Positions 58,799-64,000 of a stretch of 64,000 bases of DNA are shown here, piece after piece. Below the pieces are notes generated by a model. It was not told the origin of the DNA. It made no database searches and saw nothing but the letters and a program-made list of their open reading frames with translations. Numbering within the stretch: the stretch's first letter is position 1; each line of letters begins with the position of its first letter. The DNA comes from an uncultured bacterium (GTDB lineage: Bacteria; Krumholzibacteriota; Krumholzibacteriia; Krumholzibacteriales; Krumholzibacteriaceae): assembly GCA_963786935.1 (NCBI GenBank), contig CAWBAN010000001.1:576001-640000 (forward strand), given 5' to 3'. The translations under genes and the position numbers were made by a program.

Positions 58799-60856
58799 AT
58801 GCTCGGGATCAGCAGACGAACGTTGATTGCCTGTTCCATCCTGGCGCTGCTCGTGCCGGTCGTCGCCGCGGGCGCCGCCGAAAACGAGATCAACGGCGTG
58901 AATGTCGTCCCGCTGGATGGAAAGGTCAGACTCGAGATCATCAAGGCGGGCAGCGTCACCTTCGACGCGTTCGTGATGAGCGAACCTCATCGCCTCGTGG
59001 TCAACTGCGTCGGCGCGAAATTCAACGTGCCGTGGCAGGTGAAGGATGTCGGGAGCCCGCTGGCGAGCAAAGTCCGGACGAGCCAGTTCCAGCTCGCCCC
59101 GCTCCTGATCAGCCGCGTCGTGCTCGATCTGTCGACGCCGGTCGATTACCGGATGTGGGACGAGAACGGCATACAGGTGGTCGAGGTGACGAGGCGCGCG
59201 CCTCAGACGCTCGGCGCCGGCATGCAGGAGAGCCCCGCGGTCATGGATCCGCTCCCCGAGCCTCCGAAGACCGCGGAGAAGGCCGTCGCGAGCGAGACGC
59301 CGGTGACGCCCGACGAGGCGAACCGGCTCCTCGCGCAGGCCTCCATGGGCCCGTTCCTCCCGTACCTGCCGAATGCGGCGTCGGGCGAAACGGCGCAGCC
59401 GGCGGAGACCGTTCAGCCCACTGAGACGGCGCAGCCCGCCGAGAAGCAGATCTCCGGCGCGGTTGAAGCGAGCGCTCCGGCGGCCGCGGCAGCGGCCCCG
59501 GCGGAGCCGCCGTCCCCGTGGATCGCGGGAGAGAGCGCGAGGAAAGCCGAGCCGGCCGACAACTTCAATTTCTATGCGACGGAGGACGCGGCGTACTCGC
59601 CCCTCTCCGAAAACGAGGATACGCCCCCGGCGGCCGCTCCCCGGTCCGAACGCTACGCGCGCGGCAATCCCGCGGCCGGCGGCGGCAGGGGGATGGGCTC
59701 GAATCGCATCACGATCGACGCCCAGGGCGCCGATATCAAGACCGTGCTCCGCACGATCGCCGATTACTCGGGCAAGAACATCGTGTACGGCCCCGACGTG
59801 AAGGGCGAAGTGTACCTCCATATCAAGGACGTTCCGTGGGAGGAAGCGCTCGACATCATCCTGCGCGCGCACGGCTTCGGCTACCGCGAGGAGTTCGGCA
59901 TGATCCGGGTGAGCGATCTTTCGAAGCTCACCAAGGAGGAGCTCGAGCTCCAGACGGCCGAGCGCAAGAAAGACGATCTCCTTCCGCTCGTGACGCGGAT
60001 CATATTCGTGAACAACTCGAGCGCCGAAGAGCTCAAGAACGCGCTCCAGAACATCAGCTCCCAGCGCGGCAAGATCGACGTCGATCTCGGCAGCAACGCC
60101 CTCATCGTGAACGACACCGAGCCGGTCATCGACAAGATCGCCGAGATGGTCAAGACGCTCGACAAGAAGACGTTCCAGGTCGACATCAACGCGAAGCTCG
60201 TCGAGGTGGACGTCGAAGCCACGCGCGAGCTCGGCATCAGCTGGGGGCTCCTCAATCTTCACGCGGGAGGCGTCAGCGGCATCGGGAGCATGGAGGTCAA
60301 CAATCCGATCGCGCAGTCGGCCGGTACGGTCAAGTTCGGGACGGTGCGCTCGTGGGGAGAGCTGAACGTCGTGCTCGAGATGCTCGAGCGGACGAACAAG
60401 GCGAACATCATCTCCAATCCGCGCATCACGACGATGGACAACCGGGAAGCCCGGATTCTCGTCGGCAAGGAGATCCCGCTCATCGTCGCCGACGAAGCGG
60501 GCAACCCGATCACCGAGCTGACGAAGATCGGCATCATGCTCAAGGTCACCCCGCACGTGAACTCGGACCGGACGATCACGCTCGACATGCACCCCGAGGT
60601 GAGCGAGCTCCAGTCCGAAGCGACCGCGCAGGGCGGCATCATCATCTCGACGAGCGAGGCTGACACGCGCGTCGTCGTGCAGAACGGCGCGACGGCCGTC
60701 ATCGGCGGACTGATCAAGAACGTGCAGACGAACGTGAGGACCGGCGTCCCGTACCTCAAGGACGTGCCGTTCCTCGGGCGGCTCTTCTCGTCGAGCTCCA
60801 TGGCCGACAAGAAGCAGGAGCTCGTGATCTTCGTGACGCCGACGATCGTCGAATAG
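58799..60856 (+). CDS. pilQ: Type IV pilus secretin with AMIN domain
   Basis: EPHRLVV (AMIN), VPWEEALDIIL, SNPRITTMDN, VTPHV, GVPYLKDVPFLGRLF, ELVIFVTP. Confidence 0.93.
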   Translation: MLGISRRTLIACSILALLVPVVAAGAAENEINGVNVVPLDGKVRLEIIKAGSVTFDAFVMSEPHRLVVNCVGAKFNVPWQVKDVGSPLASKVRTSQFQLAPLLISRVVLDLSTPVDYRMWDENGIQVVEVTRRAPQTLGAGMQESPAVMDPLPEPPKTAEKAVASETPVTPDEANRLLAQASMGPFLPYLPNAASGETAQPAETVQPTETAQPAEKQISGAVEASAPAAAAAAPAEPPSPWIAGESARKAEPADNFNFYATEDAAYSPLSENEDTPPAAAPRSERYARGNPAAGGGRGMGSNRITIDAQGADIKTVLRTIADYSGKNIVYGPDVKGEVYLHIKDVPWEEALDIILRAHGFGYREEFGMIRVSDLSKLTKEELELQTAERKKDDLLPLVTRIIFVNNSSAEELKNALQNISSQRGKIDVDLGSNALIVNDTEPVIDKIAEMVKTLDKKTFQVDINAKLVEVDVEATRELGISWGLLNLHAGGVSGIGSMEVNNPIAQSAGTVKFGTVRSWGELNVVLEMLERTNKANIISNPRITTMDNREARILVGKEIPLIVADEAGNPITELTKIGIMLKVTPHVNSDRTITLDMHPEVSELQSEATAQGGIIISTSEADTRVVVQNGATAVIGGLIKNVQTNVRTGVPYLKDVPFLGRLFSSSSMADKKQELVIFVTPTIVE
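59387..59443 (+). repeat. Degenerate in-frame 18-bp tandem repeat (x3) in the PilQ linker
   Basis: Encodes ETAQPA ETVQPT ETAQPA E. Confidence 0.7.
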
Positions 60857-60884
60857 CATCGATTCCCCTCCACTCACCGTGGAC

Positions 60885-60925
60885 CCCCCGGAGGAGTTCC
60901 GAACTTCCTCCGGGGGATTTTTCTT
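60885..60925 (+). terminator. Intrinsic terminator after pilQ
   Basis: CCCCCGGAGGA..TCCTCCGGGGG followed by ATTTTTCTT. Confidence 0.85.
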
Positions 60926-60952
60926 GCCCGCCGCCCGCCGATTCTCTATGCT
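60924..60952 (+). promoter_or_regulatory. Putative sigma70 promoter for rsmD-coaD
   Basis: TTGCCC-17 bp-TATGCT. Confidence 0.55.
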
Positions 60953-60998
60953 GAACTCCGTAACATCGTTCATCGAACAACGTACGCACGAGGTTCGC

Positions 60999-61601
60999 GT
61001 GAGAGTCATCGCGGGATCGAAAAAGGGCATCGAGCTGCGCGGCGGCCATGGGCCGTTTTTCCGGCCGACGCAGCAGCTCGTCAAGGGATCCATCTTCGAC
61101 ACGATCGGCTTCGAGGTCGAGGGGGCGAGCATCCTCGATCTGTTCGCCGGCTCGGGCGCCGTGGGGATCGAGGGCCTGAGCAGGGGGGCCTCGCGCGCCG
61201 TGTTCGTGGAACAGGACCATCGGAGCCTGAAAGCGCTGCGAACGAATCTCGAGCGGTGCGGCTTCGGGCGCGAAGCGGCGGAGGTCCGCATCGGGGACGC
61301 CGTTCGATACGTCGAGCGGGCCGCGGCGAGCGGGGAGCGGTTCGATATCATCTTCGCCGATCCTCCGTACGCCGCGAAGACCGCGGCGCAGCGCGTCGTG
61401 GATGCGGTCGGAAACGCCGCCGCGGCGATCTGCCGCGTGCTCGTCATCGAGCACGCCGGTCCCGTCTTCGCCGCGGCGGGAGGAGCCCTGGAGCTCCTGA
61501 AGGCCCGGCGCTTCGGACAGACGACGGTTTCGTATTTCCGGTACCGGAAGGAGGCTGACGGCGGTGAAGGGAAAGATCGCCCTCTACCCGGGGACGTTTG
61601 A
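60999..61601 (+). CDS. rsmD: 16S rRNA m2G966 methyltransferase
   Basis: RVIAGS.KG, RPT, LDLFAGSGAVGIEGLSRGA, FADPPY. Confidence 0.92.
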   Translation: MRVIAGSKKGIELRGGHGPFFRPTQQLVKGSIFDTIGFEVEGASILDLFAGSGAVGIEGLSRGASRAVFVEQDHRSLKALRTNLERCGFGREAAEVRIGDAVRYVERAAASGERFDIIFADPPYAAKTAAQRVVDAVGNAAAAICRVLVIEHAGPVFAAAGGALELLKARRFGQTTVSYFRYRKEADGGEGKDRPLPGDV

Positions 61602-62049
61602 TCCGGTGACGAACGGCCACGTCGATCTCGTGCGGCGGGCCGCGATGATATTCGACCGGGTGATCGTCGCGGTGGCGCAGGGGGTGCACAAGAACACGTT
61701 CCTCACCCTCGAGCAGCGGCGTCAGCTCGTCGCCGAGGCGGTCGAGGGAATCGCGGGCGTCGAGGTCGTCTCGTTCGCCGGGCTTCTCGTCGAGGAGTTC
61801 CGGACGCGAAAGGTCGACGTCGTGATCCGGGGCCTCCGGGCGGTGTCCGATTTCGAGTACGAGCTCATGATCGCGCTCATCAACCGGAAGCTCGACCCCG
61901 AGTTCGAAACCGTGTTTCTCATGCCGAGCGAGCAGTACATCTATCTTCACAGCTCTCTGGTAAAGGAGATCTACCAGCTCGGCGGCGAGATCGGCTGTCT
62001 TGTCCCGCCGAGCGTTCCGAAGAGACTCAAGGAATGGGGAATCAAATAG
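61564..62049 (+). CDS. coaD: Pantetheine-phosphate adenylyltransferase
   Basis: YPGTFDPVTNGH, RGLRAVSDFEYE, SSLVKE. Confidence 0.96.
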   Translation: MKGKIALYPGTFDPVTNGHVDLVRRAAMIFDRVIVAVAQGVHKNTFLTLEQRRQLVAEAVEGIAGVEVVSFAGLLVEEFRTRKVDVVIRGLRAVSDFEYELMIALINRKLDPEFETVFLMPSEQYIYLHSSLVKEIYQLGGEIGCLVPPSVPKRLKEWGIK

Positions 62050-62071
62050 ATCGATCAAAGGAGGATCGAAC

Positions 62072-63268
62072 GTGGCACATGTGATCAGCAAGCGCTCGCG
62101 CGCTCTCGAGCCGTCGTTGACCTTGAGCCTCACGGCCAAGGCGAAGGAGCTGAAGGCGAAGGGGGAGAACGTCGTCGGCCTCACCGCGGGCGAGCCGGAT
62201 TTCGACACTCCCGAAGTGATCAAGAAGGCCGCCATCGAGGCGATCAACCGCGGGGAGACGAAATACACGGCCGGGGAAGGGATCGCGCCGCTGCGCAAGG
62301 CGGTCGCCGAGATGTACTCGCAGAAGCTCGGCGTCGCGTACACCCCGGCGGAGGTCGTCATCTCGCACGGCGCGAAGCATTCGATTTACAACGCGCTCTT
62401 CGCGCTCACCGATCCCGGGGACGAGGTCCTCATCCTGTCTCCCTACTGGACGAGCTATCCCGACATGGTCAAGATCCTCGGCGGGAAGCCGCGGATCGTC
62501 GAGCTCTCGAAGAAGACCGAGTACAAGCTGACGCCGGAGATATTCCGGAAGCAGCTTTCGCGGAAGAAGAAGCCCAAGGCGCTCCTTTTCAATTCGCCGT
62601 CGAATCCGGCGAGCATCGTCTACCAGCGCGAGGAGATCGAGGCGATCGCCAAGATCGTTCTCGAGTCGGGCCTGGCGCTCATCAGCGACGAGATTTACGA
62701 GTTTCTCACGTACACGGGCTTCGAGCACGTCTCTCCCGTGACGCTCGTGCCGGAGATCAAGGACCAGACCGTCGTCATCACCGGCGTGTCGAAGAGCTAC
62801 GCGATGACGGGATGGCGGGTGGGCTTCGCCCTCGCCGAGAAGGACGTCGCGTACCGGATGGGCGCGTTCCAGGCGCACGCGACGGGGTGCCCCAACTCGA
62901 TATCGCAGTGGGCGGCGCTCGAGGCCGTTCAGAAGGGGGCCGAGGACCGCGAGATGATGCGGGTCGAGTTCGAGAAGCGGAAGGATCTCTTCGGCAATCG
63001 TCTCGCACGGATCCCGTCGATCTGGTATCCCGAGCCGGGGGGCGCGTTCTACTATCTCGTCGACGTTTCGAAGCTCTATAAGAAGATGAACGTGAAGAAT
63101 AGCTTCGGATTCTGCGACAAGCTCCTCGCCGAGCAGGGGCTCGTCGTCATTCCGGGCGGGGCGTTCGGCTGCGACAAGATGATACGGTTCTCGTTCGCGG
63201 CGTCGGAGAACGAGATCAACCGCGCGCTCGACCGGTTCGAGAATTTCGTGAAAAAGTACCAGGGCTGA
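62072..63268 (+). CDS. Aspartate aminotransferase-like PLP enzyme
   Basis: AGEPDFDTP, NSPSNP, ISDEIYE, GVSKSYAMTGWRVG; AAAGGAGG RBS before GTG. Confidence 0.92.
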   Translation: MAHVISKRSRALEPSLTLSLTAKAKELKAKGENVVGLTAGEPDFDTPEVIKKAAIEAINRGETKYTAGEGIAPLRKAVAEMYSQKLGVAYTPAEVVISHGAKHSIYNALFALTDPGDEVLILSPYWTSYPDMVKILGGKPRIVELSKKTEYKLTPEIFRKQLSRKKKPKALLFNSPSNPASIVYQREEIEAIAKIVLESGLALISDEIYEFLTYTGFEHVSPVTLVPEIKDQTVVITGVSKSYAMTGWRVGFALAEKDVAYRMGAFQAHATGCPNSISQWAALEAVQKGAEDREMMRVEFEKRKDLFGNRLARIPSIWYPEPGGAFYYLVDVSKLYKKMNVKNSFGFCDKLLAEQGLVVIPGGAFGCDKMIRFSFAASENEINRALDRFENFVKKYQG

Positions 63269-63346
63269 CGCGGGCGGCGTCCGCGTTTCGCCTCGATGGC
63301 CGCGCTTCGTCCGGCCGAGGGCGGAGCGCGCCGCGCGGAGGCGGCC

Positions 63347-64000
63347 ATGACCGCGAAACGGGGAAGGGAGATCGGGGAGCTCGCCCGCTCGCTGCGCGGC
63401 GTGAGCGTGCGCACCGAGGAACGCTACCTGCTCGCGTACGGTTTCGACGCGACGGGGATGCGGGGGCGGGCCGGGGGCGTGGCGTTTCCGGGGAGCCGGG
63501 ACGAGCTCGCGAGGCTCGTCGGCGAGGCCTCGCGGCGGGGGATCGCCGTCGTTCCGCGCGGGGCGGGATCCGGCTTCTCCGGGGGATCCGTGCCGCTCGA
63601 CGGCGCGCTCGTGATATCGACCGAGAAGCTGCATCGCGTGCTCCGCTTCGACGCGGCGGCCGACGAGGTCGAGGTCGAGAGCGGCATCGTCAACAAGGAG
63701 CTCCAGGATATCCTCGCCCGCGAGGGGCGCTTCTATCCGCCGGATCCGGCGAGCCTCAATTTCTCGACCATCGGCGGCAACGTGGCGGAGAACGCGGGGG
63801 GGCCGCGGGCGTTCAAATACGGGGTGACGCGCCGGTACGTCCGAGCGCTCACCTGGATCGCCGCGGACGGCGGCGTCGCGCGCGACGACCCCGTCGCCGG
63901 CGCCGCCGCGACGCTCGTCGGCGCCGAAGGGACCCTCGGCGTCATCTATTCGGCGCGGCTCGGCGTGTTGCCGCTCCCTGAGGCGTTTCGCGCCGTCCTC
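63347..64000 (+). CDS. FAD-linked oxidase, GlcD/D-lactate dehydrogenase-like (runs off the window end)
   Basis: Translated manually: VPRGAGSGFSGG, FYPPDPAS, STIGGNVAENAGG, FKYGVTR, GAEGTLGVI. Confidence 0.88.
   Translation, partial: MTAKRGREIGELARSLRGVSVRTEERYLLAYGFDATGMRGRAGGVAFPGSRDELARLVGEASRRGIAVVPRGAGSGFSGGSVPLDGALVISTEKLHRVLRFDAAADEVEVESGIVNKELQDILAREGRFYPPDPASLNFSTIGGNVAENAGGPRAFKYGVTRRYVRALTWIAADGGVARDDPVAGAAATLVGAEGTLGVIYSARLGVLPLPEAFRAVL

Overview
This is 64 kb of high-GC bacterial chromosome, almost entirely coding on the + strand; the only credible minus-strand gene is a SurA/PpiD-type chaperone. I found no rRNA, tRNA, CRISPR array, transposase, integrase or phage genes. It contains: (1) housekeeping blocks (coaX, groES-groEL with a CIRCE operator, folB-folK-dNK-panB-panC, dnaE, thiC family, dinG, hutU-hutI, rsmD-coaD-aminotransferase); (2) an outer-membrane/secretion locus at 18.8-32.1 kb with a PorU-like C25 protease, a PorV-like barrel, two paralogous unknown proteins, an NHL protein, a 1131-aa barrel with SprA-like segments and an Omp85 protein; (3) a solitary ECF S component coupled to a TonB-dependent-like receptor; and (4) a type IVa pilus cluster (pilBTC-pilSR-pilA1-pilA2-ABC module-pilD-pilMNOPQ) with several sigma54 promoters. 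T9SS-like genes together with canonical -35/-10 promoters and Shine-Dalgarno sites suggest a non-Bacteroidota FCB-group lineage such as Krumholzibacteriota/Latescibacterota (inference). The strongest leads are the T9SS-like/Omp85 locus, two pilin genes that are nearly identical in the head but divergent in the N-terminal helix, a sigma54 promoter inside hutU, and a candidate leader-peptide attenuator upstream of the porU-like gene. All calls come from reading motifs by eye; no database searches were run.
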